Of a DNA stretch of 64,000 nt, positions 13,693 to 27,091 are shown piece after piece. The notes below the pieces were generated by a model. It saw only the letters and a list, made by a program, of their open reading frames with translations. It was not told the origin of the DNA and ran no database searches. Both the position numbers and the translations under genes were made by a program. The DNA is from Paramecium tetraurelia (Eukaryota): assembly GCA_000165425.1 (NCBI GenBank), contig CT868660.1, forward strand, positions 558,001-622,000. The letters run 5' to 3'. The number at the start of each line of letters is the position of its first letter. Position 1 is the stretch's first letter.

Positions 13693-16600
13693 TCATTTAT
13701 TCTTCCTATCTACTCTTGAAAATCTTCTAACCAAAAGAGGACCATGAAATTTTGGTTGATTGGGCACCGGATTTTGCAAGAAATGTACATAATCTGGATT
13801 TAGGTATGGTTATTTATGGAGATCTGCTAATTAATCTAAATTTATTACTCAAGTAAGACAATGTATTGTAAGTAGTTAAAGTTTCTATAGTATTGGAATA
13901 CTCTTCATCATTTATTACAGACTCTGGAGCTGGCATGAATTGAATTCTTTATTGTTATTCATCTCCAAACACATCATTAAAGGATTCAAACGCTCCCCTT
14001 AAATTTATATTATTATATCTACTTACTTTTTATTAACCTTTATATAAATGTATGTTAGCAATGATTCTAGTTTCACATTTAAAGGCAATATGGTTCTTTA
14101 TTCATAAGTCCAATCTGCTATTCTTTCATCAATTGGACATGGACTAATTCTTTCAGCAATTCTGGCAAGTGATTCTATAAATTCTATGAGAGTCATTCTG
14201 ACATTTCTATCTTAATTCAGTTCATCCACTTGAGACATCATAGAAAAATTGTAGATTATGATTTATTATTTGTCACTCAAATATTCATTCAATCCAATCT
14301 ACTTACAAAATTCTTTAAATTCTTTAATGGAAATCCATTTTAGTTTAAAATACCATCTTCGATTACTTATATCGGTTATATAATCATATAATTTTTTTAA
14401 GAATCCCATTTTAAATTATATTAAAGTATCACACTCCTTATTCCACAATCTTCTTTATCTCCATTCCTAAGTAGAATCGAAATTATTGAAATAAGGCTTA
14501 AATTCTTTCAATAAACGATATACTGCATCAGCTGCATTTTTCACTATGTTAGTTCTTACATATTTATCAAGTGCCAATCTATAAAGACTCTCTATAAATT
14601 AATATCTAATTAAAGCTAAATCAGGATTATAAATATATTTATTGTCTACATTATTCTTAATTGAAATTAAATTGCTTTCCACATCCTAAATTTTCAAGTC
14701 AACTCCATCGATTAATCCTAATTGTTGAACTAACTTTGAAAATTATGGGAATTATATGCAAAACATATCAAATTAAGGAAATTAATGTCCAAAACTTGAA
14801 AGGTACTTATACACATCTTTTAATAATTAATACTGTTATCTAAAATATTCCTTCATTTTTGTTCTCTCATACTCATTTCTAACAAATCTTGTAATCTTAC
14901 TACATGACCAATCAAAATCTAAACAATTATCCAATAAATCATCATTGTCACCCTAAAATTACTTAAAAGAGGAATCCTCCTTATTCCAAAAGATGATATT
15001 CACTTTCTTTCTGATGGAATTGTTTGCAAATTTTCTCAAGATGTATTTTTTTTGAGCAGATCGAGGGAATATTTTCACTAATGGTTTATAATCATTTTTG
15101 TCATCTATAACATACTCTTATTTTGATAATAAATAGTTGATTTGATTAACCTTTTTAAATTTAATTCTAGTTCCATCAGCAAATTAATGAAATTAAAATT
15201 TGGCATCTTTGCCTTGTAATATTAAATCATCAGGGGGAGATGTCATACTTAAAGAATTTTTATCTATAAAATAGTCTTCTGATATTGGATTACTAAAGAA
15301 GTACAAAATCCTTCTTTTTGGTGGGCACATCTAATAAGTAGTGTAATAAAATTTATCCAGATCATCCAAGCATCTTTCATCTACAATTTCATCTTTAGTT
15401 TCTATATCATAAGCCTCTTAAATTGCAGCCATAGTTATTTTCTTATCCTCATTTATTACTTACTTTAACTAATAAATTATTTCTCCAGTTGTCAGTTATG
15501 GTTCAACTGATTTGCTCTTTCTTTATTATTTCATCTACTCCTTCAATTCTAAACTGGATGTCATTGGAATTGGTTTGTAACTAATTTTGAATATAATCAT
15601 TACTCTAAAAAATCAAGGTGGAGAAAGATAGGCACATCACCTTTGAATTCATCTGGAGTGTAATTAAATTTAAATTCCATCCAACCTTAACAAATCCAGC
15701 AACAATCACTACCAATTAGACCATTGTTTAATTCTGGTATAAAATTTACTCCATCAATTTCATACTTCTTTTATTACAACCTCAAGGCGTTTCCTTAAAG
15801 TTACAATCCATCATTAGTAAATTGAATGAATCCATTAGGATCTACATAGGCAGGACACTTATTTCCTTCTATATGTAAACCATAAATCTGATTGTTCTTT
15901 TTTAAGGCTTCATTCAAAATTCTTAATTGCTATTCACTAAATTGATTATATGATAAATCAATATGGATGAGTGGAAGTTTTGGATTTGAAATGATTTCGC
16001 TCCAATAAATCATGCAGTTGTTTTACCCAAGGTGATTATAACTTAGATCGATTACTTTTAATGATTTATTATTGGCCAGTCCTTTTGCAATCAATTAGCC
16101 TGACTAAGATCCTAAATAATTCCAATTTAACATGAAGACTTCCACTGTTTTATTATTAGCCAAGAAGTTATATAAAATTTATGAGATCGAATCTGTTAAT
16201 CCATTCTCTGATAGATTCAATCTAGTAACTGTATTGTTCTTCATCAAAGCATTCAATAATATTTAAGTTCCTGCATCTCCTAAAGTATTATTGGCAACAT
16301 TTAAGTATTTGATACTATCAAACAATAAGAATTGATACCTTTTATGAGTTATAAACAATTTCTCTAAAAGCAAAGCTCCTGCTCTCCCCAATTTATTATT
16401 TGATATTTTTAATTCTTTTAAGGATAGAGGAATACAGTCTATAATCAGACTTAATTCTTTTTCTTTTAAGTTATTGTCACTTAAATACAATTGTTTAATT
16501 CTCTAACTCTTTTGTTACTTCAATAATGTGGTCAATATTGGATAATATTTAGATCCAATACCTAAATTAGTAAAATTCATCTCTTTTTTATCAACCAGGC

Positions 16601-17156
16601 AATTTGTTAAATCGATTCTTTTGGGGAACAAACTATCATGAACACAAAAATAGTAGATTGGATTCATCCCATCTTCTTGTATGAAATGCTAAGCAATGTC
16701 TCTCAATTTTTGTTAATTCTTCAAGAACCCAAAATATGATTCATCTTTATTTGTATCTCTGAATTATCACTCTAATATACTTAATTTATTTTTAACATGC
16801 TCCTTATGTTTGTCTAAATCAAAAACATCCACACTACTGTTTGATTTCTCGGAACTATCTTCACTTATCTCCTCACTTTAATTCATTTATGGATCATTCT
16901 TTGCAGGAAAAATTCGCGGAGCTTATCTAATAAACTTTTATGATAGATAAATTGCATTCTTTTATTTCTTTATGCTCTCATCGAAATAGTAAGTTTTCTC
17001 CTCTTTGAAAACCTCATTATTTTGTTTAGATCTTGATTCAGATCTGCTAGTTTTGGAAGTAAAAAATGTTTTTAACATTTCTTTCTTTTACCTTGTATAA
17101 TCTTTAAGTAAGGGTAGCTTTCTTTATTATTTTGAATTAGAAAGAATTATTGACAT
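13693..17156 (-). CDS. Leucine-rich repeat (RNI/NLRC3-like LRR) protein with long C-terminal domain
   Basis: Repeated LxLSxNxL motifs (LYLSDNNL, LKISNNKLG, LNVANNTLG, LNLSENGL, IDLSYNHLG, IDLSYNQF); frame continues through ..MTLIEFIESLARIAE.. to TGA at 13693 using an intron at 13827-13848. Confidence 0.85.
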
Positions 17157-17848
17157 TTTATATTTTATAAATATTATGCCATAATTTTTTCATTCATTTT
17201 TATTATATTTTCCTCCATCTTTTATACTTAATAGGGAACTAAATATTTTTGAATTGATATCAAATAAAAACCCACAATCAACCCAATCCAAGAAGAGGCT
17301 TTCTATAAATCTCTTAAAACAAGAAAAAGAATCTATAATATTGTAAATTTTATCATTTCTAATATTTCAAAAATAGCGGAATTATTTGATTACACCACAT
17401 CAACTATTTTATTACAAAATATAATGCTTAAAAAATTATAAAATAACATGTTTCGATTTATTTGAAATGATATTAATACTCATGAGAATAATAATATTTT
17501 CAAGAATATATTATAGATTTAATTTATTTAATGTATCTTCTATTTTAACAAAATGAAACATAAAATATATGTATCTCAAAGATTCTTATTAATTATTTTG
17601 ATTTTTCATTATTATTTAAAACCTTACATTTTTTTATCATTTACCACAAGAATAGCATTCATATTTTACTTAGAAAGATAGTTAAATAAAATTTGAAAAA
17701 ATAGTATCAAATAAATGGATTATATAATTAGACATTAAAAATATATATATTCATAAAATTGAAATTTAGATGATAGACTAGAATTATTGTTCTACAGTTT
17801 AGGAATGTAGTATTTCGTACTACTTTTTATTTATAATAATTAATAATT

Positions 17849-20476
17849 TCACACATTAATTCCAACTTCATGAAAACAATCGCGAATTATCTTTTACTCT
17901 TCTTCACCCACTGACTTCATGGCATGTTTTATTTTTGAATTTTACTTTAACACCCACTTCAAAGCCTCTATTTGATATAATTTATAAGATATTACCCTTT
18001 AGTATATATGGAAAGCTCTCTTTAAATGATACTAATTAACTTTTTTCTGAATTCATGAATGCAAGCTTTTATTCAAGATCTTCCCTTATACTAGTTAGTT
18101 TTTCAATGTCTTTAGTGAAATTTTCAATGACTTAGATATGCATATCCAAATTTTCTGATTTTTCTTCCAACCTTTGAGCTAATTTTTGATTTTCTTATTA
18201 AATTTACTATCCAAAATAAGATTGAAAAAAATACCTTAAGATGTTACTGATTTTTTTGGGCTTGCTCATATTTCTCATAATAGGTCATATTTTTAGCTTT
18301 TAGTTCTTCATTTTGTTTAATAAAATGTTCAAGATTATTCTTCAAGGATTTTCTAGATACAAAATATAATTACTTTTCTTGCTCTAATTCTTCCTTCATC
18401 TTTTATTTTTTTTGTTTATAATCTTCTCTCAGTTTAATGATTTCATTAAATTTATCTTGTTATAGTTTTGAAATCTCTTATAGAAAGATGCTTTGTTAAG
18501 AATGATCCATAGCTCTTCTTTTGAAAAAATCATTCATCTAATGAGCTTATTATTTCATATCTTTATATTATAACACCAAGTCATTAGAGATCTAATAATT
18601 TTGATATTAAATACCTCTTCTCCTGGTTCTCTGAAGGATTAATTGTCCTCATTCATTCGTTTTAATAGTTATTGACATTCAACTCTTTTTCCATTTAATT
18701 CATTTCTGACTCTTTGGAGTTACTCTTACAAATTTTAAACATCTTGTTTCAGTTTTTAATTCTTTTCTTTTTTGTTTTGCACCTCTGAAGTTAATTGTAC
18801 AACTTTGGCTTAACAAGCCTCCAGTTCGAGACTTTTAATTTTTTCTTATTTATTCGTCTCTCTAGTCCAGTTTTCTATTTCATACTTTAACTAATCCCTT
18901 TCCTTTTAGATTTCATATAATAGGCTTTCTTAATTCGCAATAGTTTTCCTCAATCTTTCTTCGCCTTCCCTTGCTTATACTAGATATTTTTTAGTTGAGT
19001 TGTTTTCTTCAATGTAGACTTTTTATACACCTAATATAAGTTTTTCAAAGTAACTAAACAAAAATGAAGGCACTTTTTCAGAAAAATGCTTGTATTTGGA
19101 ATAGCCCTTAACAATTTCCATATAATATTTAAAAAAACGGCTGTAAGTTTGAAATTGCTCTACTAAGAGCGAAGGTTTGATGCTATCAACATTGTCTAAA
19201 ACTGGAACTTGATAAGTATTAAAAAATTTCTATAAAATTTAATTAGCCAATGTAGTAGATTATTCTTTATTGATCTCTAATCTGGTTTATAAATCTTGTT
19301 CCATCATTTCATTTAATTCTGCTTTCATACTCAGAATTTTGGAGTTGTCAATTATTTCTTTTGATTTTTAATCTAATCGTTAGAATATTTCAGCTTCAAT
19401 TTGTTTCTTCAAAGATTTCAGTTCCTCATCATCAAATGGAGGCTTCATCTTAGACAACGCATCTGAATACCTTTTTGAATATAGACTTTTCAGTTCTTCC
19501 AAGAGATTTCTTGCCTCCTATTAAATGACTCTATCTAAACTAGTTAGAATCTAAGGAATTCCACCAGAATTGATGGCATCAACATATTCAAGGGAGAGTT
19601 TCAAGAACATTTCAGCAGTTAGAGTGGTGCCATTAATTTATTTTGGAGGGATGCCCTTGAACACTCTCCTCTCGAACTCTTAAACAGCTGAAATGAATTC
19701 TGGTCTTAAGGCATTCCAATCCTCTTCTTCCACTCTAGCTAGTCTTCTTTCATCCTAAATTGGTCTCACCATACAGATACAATCTCTAAATTTAAAATAC
19801 TCTCTAATCTTTCTCCTAATAAGATTCTTCCTCTCTCCATCAGGACCTGGATTGGATTGATCTTGAAGTGCAAATTCCAAATATTCACTTGGAGTACGTC
19901 CTCTCAAATCCAGGGAGAAATCTCTTAATACCCAAAGGAATGTTGGAAAAAACTGACTCAAGCTTTTATCCTCTGATCCTACACTGACGTTCTCACTTAA
20001 TTTGATAACAAGAGAGAGATTCTCTATTGACTGCTCATCGATATGACCCAATTGATTAAATACAAACATCGAAGACAGCAACAAAGATATTGAGAATATT
20101 TTAGTATCGACTCCCAAGTCTCTTTGGACTGAGTTTAATCCTTCGGTATCCATCAATAATATCGAAGTATTTTCATTCAAAGGTATGGGCTAGCTCCATA
20201 ACCAAATGCCTTTTGTGCATGGCATGGTTGTTGGACCAACAGCGAATCCTTTTTATCTCTTTAACACCCTGTTGGCTAAAAAGGACTTTCCAGTTCTCTA
20301 TGGACCTGCAATTGTAAGAACAGCTACCTAAATATCCCATTAGAAGTGAATACTTTTCTGTCAGCAATTGATTACAACATCTTAATTGCCTAAGGATGAA
20401 TCTCGAAAATAGTCTCCATTCCTTCTTAAGTTTAAGTTTCCTTTAACTCAATGAATGGGATGGGTTAACCTTACAT
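17849..20476 (-). CDS. Guanylate-binding protein (GBP/atlastin GTPase family) with long coiled-coil tail
   Basis: P-loop GPQRTGKS, PCTKGIWLW, LLMDTEG, FPTFLWVLRDFSL, MVRP. Confidence 0.92.
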
Positions 20477-20605
20477 TTTATATTTATATTATTATAAAAT
20501 TAATCAATTCATTGTAAAGTTGATTTATTACTTCGTTTGTAATACACCCTTAATTTTAGAGATAATTGTTTCACTTTATGAAAGAAAGTGTATTTTTCAA
20601 ATCTA

Positions 20606-23227
20606 TCATATATTCTTTAGAGTCTCTGGTTCTTCCTCTTCATGGTTTTGGCCATTTGTTTCACTTGAGCCTCCAAAGAATATTGAGGCATATAGGAAAT
20701 ACCCACAAAGTTCACTTTGTCTAAATTAAAAGCATTTTAGAAATTGAAAATTTATTTGACTTCATCCAGAATGCAGAATGATCCATTTAAATTATCTGTA
20801 ATGGGTGCAAAATTACTTTTGGATGTCCGATATTCAATTCTCCCTATTTTTATTTTTGATATAGAAGACCCTAAAATAGTTAGAAAACAAGAATACTACT
20901 TTGAGTTTTTACCAATTATTAAGAAATGATCTGCTTTGATTACTATTATGGAGTGTGTTACAATTCTGAATGTAGTTCTTCGTCACTGGCACTGAGATTC
21001 TACAAATTTTAAGCTATCATTTATGCTGAATTCTGATAAACAACTTCAGACAAACCAGTTCTGTATTGCGGTGTGTCATTTTGATTGTTTTCATTCGCAC
21101 CTAAAAGTTAGATCTATTAATCCTCTTAAAACTAATTTAGAGTTGAATTTAATTTATTTAAAAACCCAAAAGTATTATTTCTGTTGTTTTTCCGTTTTAC
21201 CATTATTCTGCTATTGAATTTCTCGGTGAAGTTATCTTTCTTCAAAATCAATTCTAAATCAGGCTTATACGATAGAAGTGGACAATCGATTTCCAAATGA
21301 AAAGGCCGAGAACAGAAATTGCATTTATGATCAAACAACACCAAGTTATTTGTAAATATAATTTTGTCTTTGATATGATGGAAAATTTCATGATCCTTCT
21401 AGTTGCTTCGAATAATTTCTAAGAATTTCTTTCTATTTATTTTATATAACTAAGTTGGACTATTACATATAGCTGTTTCCTTGGGACAAAAACCAGTAAA
21501 GAAAGAATAAATCCCAAGATATTAGTTTTTTTACAATGTTTTGAGTGTGGTTTTGGTTTGAAACTCAGTTTACTTCACCTCTCCCTTGTGTATAAAATAA
21601 CTTAAATGTAGAAATTATTACAGACTATCCTCAGAAAGATCACCTTATTTATACACCACATCTCCAGCCAATAGTGAAATTAGTTGAAGATTCTTAGCCA
21701 CTTAGACTTAGGTTGACTTGGAAAAGTAATTAATGATTAATTTGATTTGCTTTATTACTCTGGCCTAGATATCAGCATTTAAATCCTATTGCAAATTAAA
21801 AGGCAGAGAATTCAAGATATTGTTCACATCATCCATATTCTCCTTTTTCTCTTAATAGAGCTGAGAATTTAAGTAATTCCTGATTCTCCCTTGTATTTGT
21901 TCATCCACATTGTTTTTTAGCATAAATTATGTCATTTGAATCAGATTTTTTCTATCAATAATCAAATTCAAGCATTTACTTATAGGTTAATTATGTGTCA
22001 TATATGTTCTTTAAGATAATCCCTATAGAACTCATGGTGTAAGCAAATGCACAACTGGAAAGGAACATGACAATAGAGGAGACTATCATTTCGATTTCAT
22101 TTATTGCAATTATATCGCCATATCCAACCGTTGTCATTGTCATCGTAGCCCAATAGAAAGCAGCGTTATATTTGTTCCAGATTGATTTATCTTCTAAATG
22201 TCTGTCTATTAACCATGTTCTCCCCAGACATTCAGTTGATGATCCAACATAATGCCAAATGCATGCTATGATATGAGCAAAATAGTAAATTTAAATTATT
22301 AAAGAAATTAGCTCTATTGTAAAATTTTGATTTCCCCTACAATATATTTATTGGAAATATTCGGTTATATATCTTTAAATCTTTTAATATATCAGAAACA
22401 CTTAGCATACAATTAGAATTTCTTGCATGTATTAAAAAGGAAAGTATTCGTATTTTAATCCTATCCATATACCCAAGTTAAAAAAATCAAAAATAGCATT
22501 AGATTTTAAATAATTTTTAATGAAATCCTTTCGTTGATAAACTATTACTGCCTCAATAATTATGGCCCTGTTAAACATTACTAAAAAGTCAAAAATCAAG
22601 TAAAATAATATTATTGACTAGAGATATTACATGATCGTATTATTGTAATCTTCGAATGAACATAAAAAAGGACTGATCCACAGCATTATAAGGTGGAATA
22701 AAAGACCCAAAATATCCCAAAACATTATGAAATGAGTCGATGGAAGAAATATCCATTTTTTCTCTTTATTATACTCAGCTATAAATTATATTATGGGATT
22801 TAGGTACAGCTATTTTTAGAAAATTATTGAGCTGGTTTTTCATCTAAAACTTGATTTATTCTCAGTCTTTGGTCCTACTTCATGAAATAAAGATTAGTGA
22901 ATAGATTGTTTACGAATCTATGTATAAAGTATTGTTTCCTAAAGTTTATTACAAACTGCTAAGATTTCGATCTTTCACTCATTCTCAGGGATCTATTTGT
23001 TAAAAATATTGCATGTTTTAAATAATCAGACTAATTCAAAACCATAATTTTACTTTACGACTTTAACCTAAAACTTCTTACTTTTTGTCCTTTATCATAT
23101 TTCTATGAATAACCTCATTTTCTTCGTCAAATAATGATTAAGATGAAGGAGACTCTGGTTTTGATGTAATTTACTATGTTACATTGGACGGACCCATACG
23201 AGTAGTGTTAGTTGTGCAAGCTTCCAT
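20606..23227 (-). CDS. Six-TM K+ channel with cyclic-nucleotide-binding domain (KCNH/CNG-like)
   Basis: AHIIACIWHYVG (S5), YWATMTMTTVGYGDI (pore filter), C-linker IRNYL, CNBD (YFIHKGEV..FGIYSFFTG). Confidence 0.92.
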
Positions 23228-23389
23228 AACTAATTTGAAAAAATTAATTCTTAAGATCAAAATTATTAAATTCTAATGAAAGTTCGTTCTCTATCACTTT
23301 AAGTTAGTTAAATATATATATAAATATAATATTGCTCTTTGGACTTAAATTCTAAAACAATTTGCTTTTTATGAAATATATACAAATTT

Positions 23390-25586
23390 TCAATTAACTT
23401 TAAATTATTTAACTTATTTGCTAGATTTAATTAATTTTTATGACACTTAAATTGTCAATGTTATTAATACTGTTGTTAATATTACAGCATCATAGTTGAA
23501 GTTCTTCTGCACCATATCATAAGACTAAAATAAATTATTATATGTACTTTATATGGTGTGATTATTGTCAGAACCATAAACGATAAGAAGGGCATAGGAT
23601 TCTAAATTTGTAGGTTCTATTGAAAACCTTTCGAAATCGAACTAGATTAATACCAAATAAGTTACTGTTTAATCGTAAGTTAGCATACTTTAAAAATAAA
23701 TAGGGAGTTCATATTAAAAAGGCGGTAAGTCAGTTGAACAAAGGGATGATCTAAGTCTGAGTTTTCTCTTCTTCTTGCAGAAACAAGGTTTCTATCCAAT
23801 TGATACATTTGACTGAAAGTAGTTATAATCAATAGGTTTTTCTTAGTTAGAGATTTTCTAGTTCTCGTTATTCCTAGATATTTAATTCCTAAAGGAAATC
23901 CATATACTTACTATAAGAAATCTATATACTTACTATTAGAAAACAATATTGTGTTCTGTTTCATGATAATGTTTATTTGTTGGATCTTAAGAGAAATAAT
24001 AATACTCTAGCATTTTTATAAATGAACACTCCTTTTCATATGATATATCTCAACTGTCCATATTTCAAATATCATTTTAGCTTAATTCTAATAGGTTACA
24101 AAAACCTTATGATCATCAAAAACTAAATTGATGTATTAATCGAGATCCACTTCATTTTAGACATCTTAAAATAGCACCTTACCAGTTTTAGCATTTACTA
24201 TGTATAATTTAAGCGAATCCTCGTCTGAAGTGAGAATTGCAAAGTATGCATAGTCAATTATTTTAAAAATCACCTTTCCATCATCCTAATTTGCAACTTT
24301 AGGATCACTTTAACCAATTTAATATGACGATCTTATTAATAGTATTTTCTCTTTTATTGTTATAGTCCATATTTTTCTAACTATTTATCATGCAATTTAT
24401 ATCCTATCAACACCCCATTATCATTTCTATAGAGAATGATTTCTTTAGAATTTAAGTAATTGTTATTTTCAGGATAGGTAAAGACTTTATTTTCTTCATC
24501 AATCAAAATGATCGGATTTCTGTGTTGACAAGATTCATTTTCTATTTTGTAAGGAATAGTTCAAACGATATTTTTGCATCTTCTTGAAGCTACTAATTAG
24601 ATTGATCCAAGCGACAAATCGAAAATAAAGGTTTAAAGTTTCATTTTTTGATATGAATAATAAAATAGAATATGATTCTTAGATCCAATTTTAGAATCAT
24701 AATTCTTTACAAGATTGAGACTAAAAGATCATAAACATAATTAAATACTCTATTCGATGGAGTGCCACTAATTTATACGTTTAATCGAGATTATTTATTT
24801 GCAACTTTTGTAATAGTCTAAGTTCTTTAGTATCATAACATAATAGAGTATTATAAGTTGTCAAAAAACATATTTATTATTTGAGACCAAAAGGTTACTC
24901 AAATATATTGTTCTTAATTTTTTGATTATCAACTCCTTTGCCTTTTTATCTTAATGTTTTTCCAAATTCAATAACTTTGCCAGCCTACTTACTTTGAACA
25001 CAATAATCTTCTGTAATGGAATATCTAATCGAAAAAACACAAATCTAGTTTTTTTTCTAAATGACGATGATTGGTATTTCAAAAATATATGCAGCATAAA
25101 TAATTTAATTTTCAATCCTTTTTTAATAATCAAACAATGTTACTTATAAAAGTCTTTCATCAATTGTTGAAAAATAGTTTGACCAGCAATAATTATAAAC
25201 TCTCCATTCAATCCAATCATACAATAATCAATCTTATCAGTTATTTCTAATAGAGCCAGTATTTAAAAGCCGTTATTAAACAAATGTACAACTTTTAAGT
25301 TTGATTCATATTTGACATAATTAAAAAAATCACACATAATGTATGTATTTCTCGATTAAACTTAGACTATCAAATTAAGTAGATATCTATTAACTATCTG
25401 TAGCTTTGAAGATTTTTCTGTTTTGGTTCAAAGTATTATGATAATAAATAATATCCTCTTAAACATAGATGGAGGATAACTATCCAAATAATCTCATTTA
25501 CCAATTATCTAAGGCATGTGACAATTAAGAAATGGCTTACACAATTGAAGTAAGTGAATAATTACACAAAGTAATAAGGAAAACAT
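23390..25586 (-). CDS. EMC1: ER membrane protein complex subunit 1-like protein
   Basis: N-terminal signal peptide MFSLLLCVIIHLLQLC; C-terminal PTNLESYALLIVYGSD..YDMVQKNFNYDAVILTTVLITLT resembles the EMC1 C-terminal signature plus TM helix. Confidence 0.65.
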
Positions 25587-25693
25587 TATGGATAATTAAA
25601 TTTTATAATCCTATTATGTGTAATTCAAAAAATATTCATTTGATTGATTGTTCATTATCTATTTTATCACTTGATACAATTTAAAATGCTTAT

Positions 25694-26958
25694 TCAATTT
25701 ATTATTCTGTAGGTACAAATTTTTTTTTTTTGCATTATAATCTATTCTCCTTTTGAAATTGTTCTAATTTAGAGAGTTATTGAGTTTTTTTATTTTTTAA
25801 TTCCTTTTCATCTTACTTTTATTTTTTTAATTAATGAAGTACTTACTTTAATCTTTAAGACTCCTTTTTATCATGAACAATTTTTTGATCTTTCTTTTCC
25901 ATTAATTTTTTCCTTTGATCCAAGAGTTTCAATTTTTGCTGATCAAGAGGAGGTACAATCTTTTTGGATTCTTGCTTTGATGCACTCCTATGTTTAGACA
26001 AAGATTTGTTTAAGATTTCTTTTTAAATTTATACAATTTTTTCTATTTTACTCCTTCTTTTGTAACCCTCTTCAATCTAAAGTGATGACTTAAATATGAA
26101 TTGATACTTTAGATATATCTGCTCTCCAAGCAACCTTTGATAGACTCTGCTCTCTAGGTTATGGTTATAATTATTTAGCACTATATAAATTCTGTAACAA
26201 TTTCTATTTCTCTTAATACTCTCTCAATTTTTATCTTCTGGCTGTTTCAGGATTGATAATAGCCACACTTGAGGGTCTTGGTTTTCTGTTTGATTAATTA
26301 GTAGTTAAATGGGATTGTCTCTGTTCATAATGATGATATTCACATTTTTATTTGGTTTTTGATGAAGAGTTCAAAATCTTCTAATTTCTCACCTTTTTTG
26401 ATTCAGAACTAGCAATTGAAGATTATTCTAAATAATATTATATAATGTTTACTTATTGATTTGTTGGTTGAGGGGTTTTCTTAATAATTTCTTCTTACTT
26501 TAGGAGTGGGAGTTGGAGATTTCTTGAGTCTAGTTGAACTTTTTCGACTGCATCCACAACAAGAACAGGAACAACAACTCATCAACTCATATTTTTGATT
26601 AGACATTCTTGATTTCTGTTCTCTGTGAGTAGAATTAGACTTGATTGATCTTGAAGACTTATGTGTATGAGATTTTGGTTGAGTTGTAAGAATAGTTCTC
26701 GATGGCCTTTGCTCTTCATAATATTGGATTGGTTGAACCGATTGCAACATTTTCCTCTAATTCACAATTTCACTAACTGATACTCATTCTGATACTACAT
26801 GGTATGATATCATCGAGCATTGGCACAAGTGCTATATCAGGATTAATGTGTTTAGCCAGCATTTTATTTGAGAGCTTATGTGAGTTTTGTTATTCTAGAT
26901 TAATCTTAGTTTTAGGACTCAATCGACCAACTAACTGAACTGTCTGATTGTTATACAT
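25694..26958 (-). CDS. Hypothetical low-complexity/coiled-coil protein
   Basis: MYNNQTVQLVGRLSPK..CCSCSCCGCSRKSS.. with tiny introns; 3' end approximate. Confidence 0.65.
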
Positions 26959-27091
26959 ATTAAATTTAATTAAATAAACAAGTTATTAAACTAAAATACG
27001 AATATTTGAATTCAATTTGAGTAAATATAATAGAGAAGGAGAGCATAAGTATTAGAACAAAGAATTTTATTTATTAAATACAACAATAATT

